From: Bacillota bacterium
GTDB taxonomy: Bacteria > Bacillota > Clostridia > Peptostreptococcales > Anaerovoracaceae
DNA: 24,854 nt
Assembly (NCBI GenBank): GCA_017386805.1
Contig: JAFOGM010000279.1
Location: 1 to 24,854 of the forward strand
Direction of reading: 5' to 3'
Each line of letters begins with the position of its first letter. The stretch's first letter is position 1. The translations under genes were made by a program, and so were the position numbers. The notes below the pieces were generated by a model. That model made no database searches. It was not told where the DNA came from and was given only the letters and a program-made list of their open reading frames with translations. Of the stretch, positions 16,875 to 24,854 are shown one piece after another.

Positions 16875-18554
16875 TTGAGAAGAACAGTACGAAGAAAGGA
16901 AGGAAGTCCTGTCAGACTGATTCCTCTGGGCGGGTTACATGAAATCGGAAAGAACATTACCGTCCTGGAATATAAAGATGATCTGATGATCATCGACTGT
17001 GGGATGTCATTCCCGGATGATGAGATGTTTGGTATCGACATCGTCATTCCCGATTTTACCTATCTCGTAAAAAACCGTGAGAAAATCCGCGGTATGGTCA
17101 TTACTCACGGACATGAAGACCATATCGGCGCCATCCCGTATCTGGTAAAGGAATTGAACATTCCTATTTACGGTACCAGACTGACTCTGGGATTGGTGGA
17201 AAATAAGTTAAAAGAACACGGACTGAAAGCTAAGCTGAAAGTTGTCAGAGCCGGCGACAAGATCAAAATGGGTGCATTCACTGTGGAAACGATCCGCACG
17301 ACGCATTCCATTGCCGACTCCATCTGTCTGTGTATCGATACTCCGGCGGGTAAGATCTTCCACACCGGAGACTTTAAGGTGGACTACACACCGTTGGAAG
17401 GTCAGCCCATCGATTTCCACAGATTGGCGGAAATCGGAAATCAGGGCGTTCTGCTGCTGATGGCTGACAGTACCAATGCGGAACGAAAAGGATATACACC
17501 GTCCGAACGTACGGTAGGGGTCACTCTGGAAAACATTTTCCGAAACTGCACCTCCCGTATTCTGGTGGCTACATTCTCTTCCAACATCCACCGCGTTCAG
17601 AAGATCATCGATACTGCAGTTCAGTACAAGCGCAAGGTTGCCATCTCCGGCAGATCCATGATCAACGTTGTAAATCTGGCCATAGAGCTGGGGTATATCA
17701 CCGTTCCGGCAGGAACCCTGGTAGACATCAATAAAATCCGTCACATCAAAGATTCTGAGCTCGTGATCGTTACCACAGGCAGCCAGGGGGAACCCATGTC
17801 TGCTTTATCCCGTATGGCTTCCAACGATCATAAGGCCGTTCAGATCAAGAAGGGTGACGTGGTAGTATTATCTTCCAGCCCCATTCCCGGAAACGAAAAG
17901 ACCATTTCCAACGTTGTAAACAAGCTCTTTGAAAAGGGTGCGGAAGTGATCTACAGTGATATCGCAGATATCCATGTATCCGGTCACGCTTGTGCAGAAG
18001 AACTGAAGCTGATCCACAGCTTGTTAAAGCCGAAATTCTTCGTTCCGGTCCACGGCGAATACCGTCATTTACGACAGCACGCCATGATCGCCGAAGAACT
18101 GGGCATGGATAAAAAGAACATCTTCATGATGGACAACGGTGAAGTCCTGGAAGTCAGCAGCAACAAAGCTGTAAAGACCAAGGAAACCGTTCCCTGTCAG
18201 GGCGTCATGGTAGATGGTCTTGGTGTCGGTGACGTTGGGAACATCGTTCTCCGTGACCGTAAACTGTTGTCCGAAGGCGGCCTGATCATTGTGGCTGTGG
18301 GAATCGACCGCAGCACAGGTGAAGTGGTTACCGGTCCGGACATCATCTCCCGTGGATTTGTTTACGTGAGAGAAGCAGAAGATCTCATCGAGCAGATGCG
18401 CCGCATCGCCTTCGATCGTCTGCAGATCTGCCGCGTGGAAGGAATTCGCGATTGGGCGGCAATGAAGAACTGGGTGAGAGATGACCTGAGAGATTTCATC
18501 TATCAGACCACCAAGAGAAGCCCTGTGATCCTGCCCATCTTTATGGAAGTTTAA
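16875..18554 (+). CDS. rnj: Ribonuclease J
   Basis: IPLGGLHEIGKN, THGHEDHIGA, HSIAD, HTGDFK, TTGSQGEPM, HVSGHA, VHGEYRH; TTG start after SD AAGGA. Confidence 0.96.
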   Translation: MRRTVRRKEGSPVRLIPLGGLHEIGKNITVLEYKDDLMIIDCGMSFPDDEMFGIDIVIPDFTYLVKNREKIRGMVITHGHEDHIGAIPYLVKELNIPIYGTRLTLGLVENKLKEHGLKAKLKVVRAGDKIKMGAFTVETIRTTHSIADSICLCIDTPAGKIFHTGDFKVDYTPLEGQPIDFHRLAEIGNQGVLLLMADSTNAERKGYTPSERTVGVTLENIFRNCTSRILVATFSSNIHRVQKIIDTAVQYKRKVAISGRSMINVVNLAIELGYITVPAGTLVDINKIRHIKDSELVIVTTGSQGEPMSALSRMASNDHKAVQIKKGDVVVLSSSPIPGNEKTISNVVNKLFEKGAEVIYSDIADIHVSGHACAEELKLIHSLLKPKFFVPVHGEYRHLRQHAMIAEELGMDKKNIFMMDNGEVLEVSSNKAVKTKETVPCQGVMVDGLGVGDVGNIVLRDRKLLSEGGLIIVAVGIDRSTGEVVTGPDIISRGFVYVREAEDLIEQMRRIAFDRLQICRVEGIRDWAAMKNWVRDDLRDFIYQTTKRSPVILPIFMEV

Positions 18555-18573
18555 ATTTTGGAGGTATTCTGAC

Positions 18574-18918
18574 ATGAATCAGATCAACGTACATGATAAA
18601 GCACACGAATTAGCAAGAGCAGTGAAGGCTTCCGACCAGTATACCACTCTGGTACAGATGAAGGCTCAGGTGGATGAAGTTCCTGAACTGGCTGCAATGC
18701 TGAAGGATTTCAACGAAAAGAATACCGCTCTTCAGGCAGAAGCCATGATGACCGGTAAGATGAATGAAGAAGCATTGGAAGAAGTAAAGAAGCTGTATGC
18801 CATCGTTATGGCAAATCCCTTAGCTAACATGTATTTACAGTCTGAACTGGCATTTTCTCAGCTGATCAATGACATCGGCGCAATCTTAGGGGAAGTGATC
18901 AATAGTGTCCAGAAATAA
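18574..18918 (+). CDS. YlbF/YmcA (RicAFT-like) family protein
   Basis: 114 aa helical protein, NVHDKAHELARAVKASDQY...NPLANMYLQSE; SD GGAGG. Confidence 0.8.
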   Translation: MNQINVHDKAHELARAVKASDQYTTLVQMKAQVDEVPELAAMLKDFNEKNTALQAEAMMTGKMNEEALEEVKKLYAIVMANPLANMYLQSELAFSQLINDIGAILGEVINSVQK

Positions 18919-19993
18919 GGTTTATGTAAACCGCTTGGAACGCGTACGTTCCATGATGAAACAGCGCGGTCTGGAAGGCTTTTGGATTTCCAAGCGTGAA
19001 AACCAGGGCTATGTCACCGGATATCCTTCGTCGGATCTGTTCGTTTTGTTGACGGATACCGACAATTATCTGATCACCGATTTTCGGTATATCGAAGTCG
19101 TAAAGGATCTCTGTGAACCGCTGTTTACCATCGTTATGACCGAAACCGGTTTCTCTTTGTGGGATGCCGTACGAAAGGTTGCCGGCGATATCAAAACAGT
19201 GGGGATCGAAGAAAGTGTTCTGACAGTAGCTGATATGAAACTGCTGCAGAAGGCGCTTCCCAAGGCAGAACTGGTGGATGCCAGCGGTCTGATGGAAGAG
19301 ATCCGTGTGATCAAAGATGAAGGAGAACTGGAAGCCATGGGAAAAGCGATTTCTCTGGCTGACAACTGTTTCTCCCATATGTTAAACGTTCTTCATGCCG
19401 GGATGACCGAAAAAGAAGGGGCTTTGGAAATTGAAATGTTCCTGAAAAAACATGGAGCAGAGCGCTTGTCTTTCCCGACCATTTGTGTTTCCGGTGCCAG
19501 AACCTCTCTTCCTCACGGAGAACCTTCGGATAAGGTCATTGAAATCGGTGACTTTGTTACTATGGATTTCGGCTGTGTGGTGGATGGGTATTGTTCCGAT
19601 ATGACCCGTACTGTGGGGATCGGACGCATCAGCGAAGAACAAAAAGAAATATATGACCTGGTTCTCAGAGCGCAGAAGAATTGCCTTGCGAATCTGAAGG
19701 CCGGAGTCACCTGGCAGGGGGGCGACAGGTTTGCCCGTGATATCATCGAAGAAGCTGGCTATGGACAGTACTTCGGACATGGTACAGGGCACGGTGTGGG
19801 TCTGGAGATCCACGAAGCACCGACCATGAGTCCCAGAGGCCAGGGTGTGTTCCAGGAAAACATGACTGTGACCGTGGAACCGGGAATTTATTTACCAAAG
19901 AAGTTCGGTGTTCGAATTGAGGACTTGGCAATCATCACTTCTTCTGGTATAATAAATAAAGTTAAGTCAAATAAGGAATTAATAATTCTTTAA
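18905..19993 (+). CDS. Xaa-Pro aminopeptidase (M24 family)
   Basis: LITDFRY, IRVIKDEGE, LPHG, MDFG, YCSDMTRT, HGTGHGVGLEIHEAP, TVEPGIY, GVRIED; adjacent to efp. Confidence 0.94.
   Translation: MSRNKVYVNRLERVRSMMKQRGLEGFWISKRENQGYVTGYPSSDLFVLLTDTDNYLITDFRYIEVVKDLCEPLFTIVMTETGFSLWDAVRKVAGDIKTVGIEESVLTVADMKLLQKALPKAELVDASGLMEEIRVIKDEGELEAMGKAISLADNCFSHMLNVLHAGMTEKEGALEIEMFLKKHGAERLSFPTICVSGARTSLPHGEPSDKVIEIGDFVTMDFGCVVDGYCSDMTRTVGIGRISEEQKEIYDLVLRAQKNCLANLKAGVTWQGGDRFARDIIEEAGYGQYFGHGTGHGVGLEIHEAPTMSPRGQGVFQENMTVTVEPGIYLPKKFGVRIEDLAIITSSGIINKVKSNKELIIL
19925..19953 (+). promoter_or_regulatory. Putative internal sigma-A promoter for efp inside the peptidase 3' end
   Basis: TTGGCA-N17-TATAAT with extended -10 (TGgTATAAT), ~95 bp upstream of the efp ATG. 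Confidence 0.6.
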
Positions 19994-20049
19994 AATAGCA
20001 CGAATTATGTATTCAGCCCGGAAAATAGGGCAAACGGAGGTTATTTATT

Positions 20050-20616
20050 ATGATTTATGCAAGTGATTTCAGAAAGGGCGTTACCTTTGACATCAACGGC
20101 GACCCGCATGTAGTTATCGATTTCCAGCACGTTAAGCCTGGTAAGGGTGCTGCTTTCGTACGTACCAAGTACAAGAACATTCTGACTGGTGCTACCAGAG
20201 AAGAAGCGTTCAACCCGGACGACAAGTTCCCCAAGGCTCACATCGAAACCAAGCAGATGCAGTATCTGTACAACGATGGCGAACTGTACTACTTCATGGA
20301 TGGCGAAACCTATGACCAGATCGCTCTGGGTGCAGCTCAGGTAGAAGACGCTATCAAGTTCCTGAGAGAAAACGATGAAGCTACCATCAAGTTCTACAAG
20401 GGTGCTGCTTTCCTGGTTGAAGCTCCGAACTTCGTAAACCTGAAGGTTATCGAAACCGAACCTGGCGTAAAGGGTAACACTGCTACCAACGTTACCAAGG
20501 CTGCTACCGTTGAAACCGGCGCTGTGATCCAGGTTCCTATCTTCATCGAAGAAGGCGAAATCATCCAGATCGACACCAGAGAAGGTAATGGCATGTACTT
20601 AGGTCGTGCAAAATAA
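20050..20616 (+). CDS. efp: Elongation factor P
   Basis: [50 protein letters not shown]; highly biased codons. Confidence 0.98.
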   Translation: MIYASDFRKGVTFDINGDPHVVIDFQHVKPGKGAAFVRTKYKNILTGATREEAFNPDDKFPKAHIETKQMQYLYNDGELYYFMDGETYDQIALGAAQVEDAIKFLRENDEATIKFYKGAAFLVEAPNFVNLKVIETEPGVKGNTATNVTKAATVETGAVIQVPIFIEEGEIIQIDTREGNGMYLGRAK

Positions 20617-20627
20617 ATTCGCAATGG

Positions 20628-20658
20628 AAAAGAACCGGGTCATGCTCGGTTCTTTTTT
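20628..20658 (+). terminator. Rho-independent terminator after efp
   Basis: AAAAGAACCGGGT-CAT-GCTCGGTTCTTTT plus T tract. Confidence 0.82.
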
Positions 20659-20715
20659 CTTAAATCACAGGGGATATCCCAGGGATATGAGAATTTCAGA
20701 AAGAGATATAGAAGA

Positions 20716-21774
20716 ATGAGTAAAAGAAGACGAAAGAAAAAGGGAAATGGTCTCCTGATCGCTGTGATCAGTTTGATTGTTTTGATCGCCATTGGAGTTG
20801 GTGGATTCTCTGTGATCATGGGCGATGCAGATAAAGCACTGGATCCGGACAGCACCGCCATGATGGTTGTGGAAATCCCCAGCGGAAGCACCACCACCAG
20901 AATCGGAAATATCCTTGTGGAACAGGGTGTAATCGACAGTGCAGATTCCTTTAAGCTGCAGTCAAAAATGCAGGGTATGGATGGAAAGTACAAAGCTGGT
21001 GAATATACCTTATCTCCGGCCATGACCATGACGGAAATCATGGAGATCCTTGTTTCCGGAAACGTGAATACGGTCCGCTTTACCATTCCGGAAGGATTGC
21101 GTGTGGATGAAGTTGCCGATAAACTGGCTGAAGAAGGTTTAATCAATCGCGATTTGTTCCTGAAGGAAATCGAAAGCGGGGAATTCAATTATAAGTTCCT
21201 GAAAGATGCTCCTGCCGGAAAACTTCGACTGGAAGGATATTTGTATCCCAATACCTACGATGTATTTACCACAGCCAGCGAACACGACATCATCGATCGT
21301 CTTCTTCGTCAGTTAGATACTGTGTTTACCGACGAAATGTATGCCAGAGCAGAGGAATTGGGCATGGATCTCAATGAAGTCATGACCATCGCATCTCTGA
21401 TCGAACGCGAAACCATGGTGGACAGTGAGCGGGCGAAGGTTGCCAGTGTCATTTACAATCGTCTTGACATTGGGATGAAATTGCAGATCGATGCAACCGT
21501 CCAGTATGCACTGGGTGAATCCAAGCAGTTCCTGACCTACGCAGATCTGGAAGTGAAGTCTCCCTATAACACCTATCAAATCGAAGGGCTTCCTCCTGGA
21601 CCGATCTGTTCTCCCGGTGAGGCTTCCATCAAAGCGGCATTATATCCGGAAGATACCGATTACATTTATTACGTACTGAGCGCTGCAAAAGACGGCAGCC
21701 ATAAATTCGCCAAGACCGGAAGCGAGTTCCTGAGATACAAGCAGGAATATAAGAATGCTTACGGATTGAACTAA
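20716..21774 (+). CDS. mltG: Endolytic transglycosylase MltG (YceG family)
   Basis: Basic N-terminus plus single TM; TIPEG, LEGYLYPNTY, ASLIERET (catalytic Glu), LQIDATVQY, SPYNTY, GLPPGPICSPG. Confidence 0.95.
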   Translation: MSKRRRKKKGNGLLIAVISLIVLIAIGVGGFSVIMGDADKALDPDSTAMMVVEIPSGSTTTRIGNILVEQGVIDSADSFKLQSKMQGMDGKYKAGEYTLSPAMTMTEIMEILVSGNVNTVRFTIPEGLRVDEVADKLAEEGLINRDLFLKEIESGEFNYKFLKDAPAGKLRLEGYLYPNTYDVFTTASEHDIIDRLLRQLDTVFTDEMYARAEELGMDLNEVMTIASLIERETMVDSERAKVASVIYNRLDIGMKLQIDATVQYALGESKQFLTYADLEVKSPYNTYQIEGLPPGPICSPGEASIKAALYPEDTDYIYYVLSAAKDGSHKFAKTGSEFLRYKQEYKNAYGLN

Positions 21775-21800
21775 TTGATAGTTTTAAAGCGAGAACTACT

Positions 21801-22544
21801 ATGGAAACAAGAAATATCACAGTCCCTGAGACTGCAGAATACATTGAAGGATTGTACCACCAGCCCAATGAGGCACTGATGGCCTTTCGTCAAAAAAGCG
21901 ATGAAGCCATGGTACCGATCCTTTTAAAAGAAACGGAAGCCTTGCTTCAGCAGCTGATCCTTCTTCGAAAACCGAAGAACATCCTGGAAATCGGAACTGC
22001 TGTGGGCTACGGGGCAACCTGCTTCGCGACCTGGGCGCCGGAAGCAACCGTCACCACCATCGAATATACCCCCGAGATGGTGGAACAGGCCCGAAAGAAC
22101 ATCGAAGAACGAGGGCTTTCCGACCGCGTGACCGTTTTGGAAGGCGATGCGCGCCAGGTACTGGCGCAGCTTGCCGCAGAGCGGAAAGAGGGGGATCTTC
22201 CTTACGACTTCGTCTTTATCGATGCAGGGAAAGGACACTATCCTGAATTTTGGGGTTTGAGTCTTCCTATGATGGCTCAGGATTGTATCGTTGCCTCCGA
22301 TAACGTTTTGTTTAAAGGACTAACGGCTTCGGATACCTTTGAAGCAGAGGGAAAGAAAAAAAGAAAACATCGGACGATCGTCCGTCGACTTCGAAAATAT
22401 CTGGACTACCTGTCCCATGCGGAAGGATTGATCACTTCCGTGCTGGCTGTTGGTGACGGTTTGGCCATTACCACAGTCCAGGATCCGGAACTGGTACGTT
22501 CCCAGTGGAATTTAGAACAATTAATGGAGAAAGAACATGAATAA
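21801..22544 (+). CDS. SAM-dependent O-methyltransferase, YrrM/TrmR-like (probable tRNA ho5U methyltransferase)
   Basis: ILEIGTAVGYG, DFVFIDAGKGHY, SDNVLFKG, VGDGLAI; sits between mltG and a U32 peptidase as in the Bacillus yrrL-yrrM-yrrN/O order. Confidence 0.85.
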   Translation: METRNITVPETAEYIEGLYHQPNEALMAFRQKSDEAMVPILLKETEALLQQLILLRKPKNILEIGTAVGYGATCFATWAPEATVTTIEYTPEMVEQARKNIEERGLSDRVTVLEGDARQVLAQLAAERKEGDLPYDFVFIDAGKGHYPEFWGLSLPMMAQDCIVASDNVLFKGLTASDTFEAEGKKKRKHRTIVRRLRKYLDYLSHAEGLITSVLAVGDGLAITTVQDPELVRSQWNLEQLMEKEHE

Positions 22545-23760
22545 AATCGAACTGCTGGCTCCGGCAGGAGACCTGGAGAAACTGAAAATTGCCATCGATT
22601 ACGGTGCAGATGCTGTATATCTGGCCGGTGAACTCTTTGGTCTTCGCGCAGGTGCAAAAAACTTCAGCATTGAAGAAATGGAAGAGGGCGTTTCTTACGC
22701 TCATGAACGCGGAAAAAAAGTTCACCTGACACTGAACATCTTCGCACACAACGAGGATATTTCTGCGCTGGAAACGTATCTGGATGAAATCGCTCACATT
22801 CCCTTTGACGCTTTCATTATTTCCGATGCAGGGATCATCTCTCTGGTGATGGAAAAGCTGCCCGGATGTGAGATCCATCTCAGCACCCAGGCCAATACCA
22901 CCAACTACAGAACCGCAGAATTCTGGCATCGTCAGGGCGTAAAACGCGTGGTTTTAGGCCGTGAAATGTCCTTGGAAGACATCCGTAACACCAGAGCAAA
23001 ATTATCCCCCACAATGGAAATTGAAGCTTTTGTACACGGTGCAATGTGCATTTCCTATTCCGGAAGATGTCTGCTGTCTAACTTTATGACCGAACGTGGC
23101 GCCAATCAGGGACAGTGCGCACATCCCTGCCGCTATAAGTATGCACTGATGGAAGAGAAGAGACCTGGCGAATTCTACCCTTTGGAAGAAGATCAGCGCG
23201 GAACTTATATCTTTAACTCCAAAGATATGTGCATGATCGAACATATTCCTGAACTGATCGAATCCGGCCTGGCTTCTCTGAAAATCGAAGGTCGTATGAA
23301 GAGTGTATTCTATGTGGCAACCGTCGTGAGAGCCTATCGACAGGCTATCGACGCTTACTATGCGGATCCGGAAGGCTGGACTTTCAAAGAAGAGTGGATG
23401 GATGAACTGAAGAAGGTTTCCAACCGTCATTTCACCAATGGTTTCTATTACAATAAACCCAGAAATGTGGATCAGAATTATGAAACCAGTGCATATTATC
23501 GCGAGTTCACCTTCATTGGTCTCGTTCTGGATTACGATCCTGAAACTAAGATCGCTACTGTGGAGCAGAGAAACAAGATCAGTGAAGGGGACTTTGTTGA
23601 AGTCTTCGGACCTGGCAATGTATGCTTCACTCAGACCATTCAGGGAATGACCGACGAAGAGGGAACTCCGATTTCTGCAGCTCCTCATGCTCAGCAGATC
23701 GTGAAGATCCCCATGGCAGAACCGGTTGGTAAGAATTTCATGGTAAGACGTCACATTTAG
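22537..23760 (+). CDS. U32 family peptidase-like protein, TrhP/YrrO-like (probable tRNA U34 hydroxylation)
   Basis: ELLAPAG, GADAVY, HLSTQAN, FVHGAMCISYSGRCLLS, GQCAHPCR (Fe-S cysteines), LKIEGRMKS. Confidence 0.9.
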   Translation: MNKIELLAPAGDLEKLKIAIDYGADAVYLAGELFGLRAGAKNFSIEEMEEGVSYAHERGKKVHLTLNIFAHNEDISALETYLDEIAHIPFDAFIISDAGIISLVMEKLPGCEIHLSTQANTTNYRTAEFWHRQGVKRVVLGREMSLEDIRNTRAKLSPTMEIEAFVHGAMCISYSGRCLLSNFMTERGANQGQCAHPCRYKYALMEEKRPGEFYPLEEDQRGTYIFNSKDMCMIEHIPELIESGLASLKIEGRMKSVFYVATVVRAYRQAIDAYYADPEGWTFKEEWMDELKKVSNRHFTNGFYYNKPRNVDQNYETSAYYREFTFIGLVLDYDPETKIATVEQRNKISEGDFVEVFGPGNVCFTQTIQGMTDEEGTPISAAPHAQQIVKIPMAEPVGKNFMVRRHI

Positions 23761-23786
23761 TGATATAATACAATCAAATTTTGATT
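23761..23786 (+). promoter_or_regulatory. Extended -10 promoter plus palindrome upstream of the CNNM/CorC gene
   Basis: TGaTATAAT (23761-23769), then AATCAAA-T-TTTGATT (23772-23786) and SD AAGGAGG. Confidence 0.45.
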
Positions 23787-23803
23787 TTAAGGAGGAATTG
23801 TTT

Positions 23804-24854
23804 ATGGATCCCAGTGGACCCAGTTTATCCGTACAAATTTGTTTTCTCGTAGTTTTAACACTGTTGAATGCAGTCTTTGCTTCCGCAGAATCAGCTTTTG
23901 TTTCTTCGAATAAGAACAAAATCAAAATTCTGGCCAATGAAGGAAATAAGAAAGCAGCTTTATTGTTGGATTTGATGGATGAACCTGCACGCTTTATTTC
24001 CAGGATTCAGGTAGCTGTTACTTTCCTGCGTTTTCTTGCCTGTGCAGCAGCTGCCAGAGGACTTTGCGATGAACTTTCAAAGTATCTGATGGAACTCGAG
24101 GTTCCTTACGCAATTCAGATTTCTGTGGTTGGAATGACCATTCTTCTGGCTTATGTAACGTTGGTATTTGGAGAATTGTTCCCGAAACGACTGGCTATGC
24201 AGAATGCAGAAACCGTTGCTTTGCGCCTTGTTCGACCGATCCATATGGTTTCAAAAGTGTTGATTCCTTTTGCGGGGATCATATCCGTTACCATTTCGAT
24301 TTTAATGAAACTTTCCGGTCGGGATTCCTACCAGATGGACGGGGAATACTCCGAAGAAGAAGTGAAATCCATGCTGGATGTGGGTACAGAATCCGGTCAG
24401 CTGGATGAAGCAGGCCGCGAAATGATCGAGTCCGTATTCGATTTTGATGATGAACTGGCTTACGAAATCATGACGCCCAGAACGGACGTCTATATGATCG
24501 ATATCAACGATCCTCTGGAAGAATATCTGGACGAGCTTTTGGAAGAACGCTATTCCCGAATTCCTGTTTACGATGAGGACAGCGATGATATCATCGGTAT
24601 TCTTTATATGAAGGACTTCTTCATTGAAGCCCGCAAAGTTGGATTCGAACATGTGGACATTCGTCCTTTATTGCAAAAACCGTACTTCGTACCGGAAAGC
24701 AAGAAAATCAATGAATTGTTCGATGAACTTCAGCGTTCCAAGATGCATATTGCCATGTTGATCGACGAATATGGTGGTTTCTCCGGTATTGTTACTACAG
24801 AAGACATCATCGAAGAAATCGTTGGCAGTCTGGATGACGAATACGACGATAATG
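23804..24854 (+). CDS. Hemolysin-family / CNNM (DUF21)-CBS-CorC transporter, truncated at right edge
   Basis: Manual translation, open to the window end: MDPSGPSLSVQICFLVVLTLLNAVFASAESAF, LVFGELFPKRLA, EIMTPRTDV, YSRIPVY, IDEYGGFSGIVTTEDIIEEIVG. Absent from the ORF track (no stop in window). Confidence 0.93.
   Translation, partial: MDPSGPSLSVQICFLVVLTLLNAVFASAESAFVSSNKNKIKILANEGNKKAALLLDLMDEPARFISRIQVAVTFLRFLACAAAARGLCDELSKYLMELEVPYAIQISVVGMTILLAYVTLVFGELFPKRLAMQNAETVALRLVRPIHMVSKVLIPFAGIISVTISILMKLSGRDSYQMDGEYSEEEVKSMLDVGTESGQLDEAGREMIESVFDFDDELAYEIMTPRTDVYMIDINDPLEEYLDELLEERYSRIPVYDEDSDDIIGILYMKDFFIEARKVGFEHVDIRPLLQKPYFVPESKKINELFDELQRSKMHIAMLIDEYGGFSGIVTTEDIIEEIVGSLDDEYDDN

Noticed and set aside
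6360-18554. Inteins, introns or insertions in rel, leuS, rnj
   Set aside because: All have ordinary family lengths and continuous motifs.

Overview
Housekeeping-rich chromosomal segment of a Firmicutes/Clostridia-type bacterium. The lineage is inferred from gene order, sigma-A-like promoters and AGGAGG ribosome binding sites. The left ~3.4 kb is variable. It holds the 5' end of a TetM/EF-G-like translational GTPase on the minus strand (missed by the ORF track), a polytopic membrane domain fused in frame to MsrA with a strong internal ribosome binding site, a YbgC-type thioesterase, an orphan purC and tRNA-Leu(CAA). The rest is a conserved plus-strand cluster: yajC, secD, secF, rel, dtd, MBL hydrolase, hemZ, aspS, nadD-yqeK fusion, rsfS, leuS, rnj, ylbF-like, Xaa-Pro peptidase, efp, mltG, O-methyltransferase, U32 peptidase and a truncated CNNM/CorC-family gene. 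aspS is broken by one missing base at 11549/11550, most likely a sequencing error. I found no mobile element, CRISPR array, intein or recognisable riboswitch, and no clear multi-gene novel system. The best leads are the membrane-tethered MsrA with a possible second start, the Tet-like GTPase of unknown function, the split aspS, a YqeK domain with an internal deletion, and a cluster of apparent C<->G substitutions in the CNNM gene.
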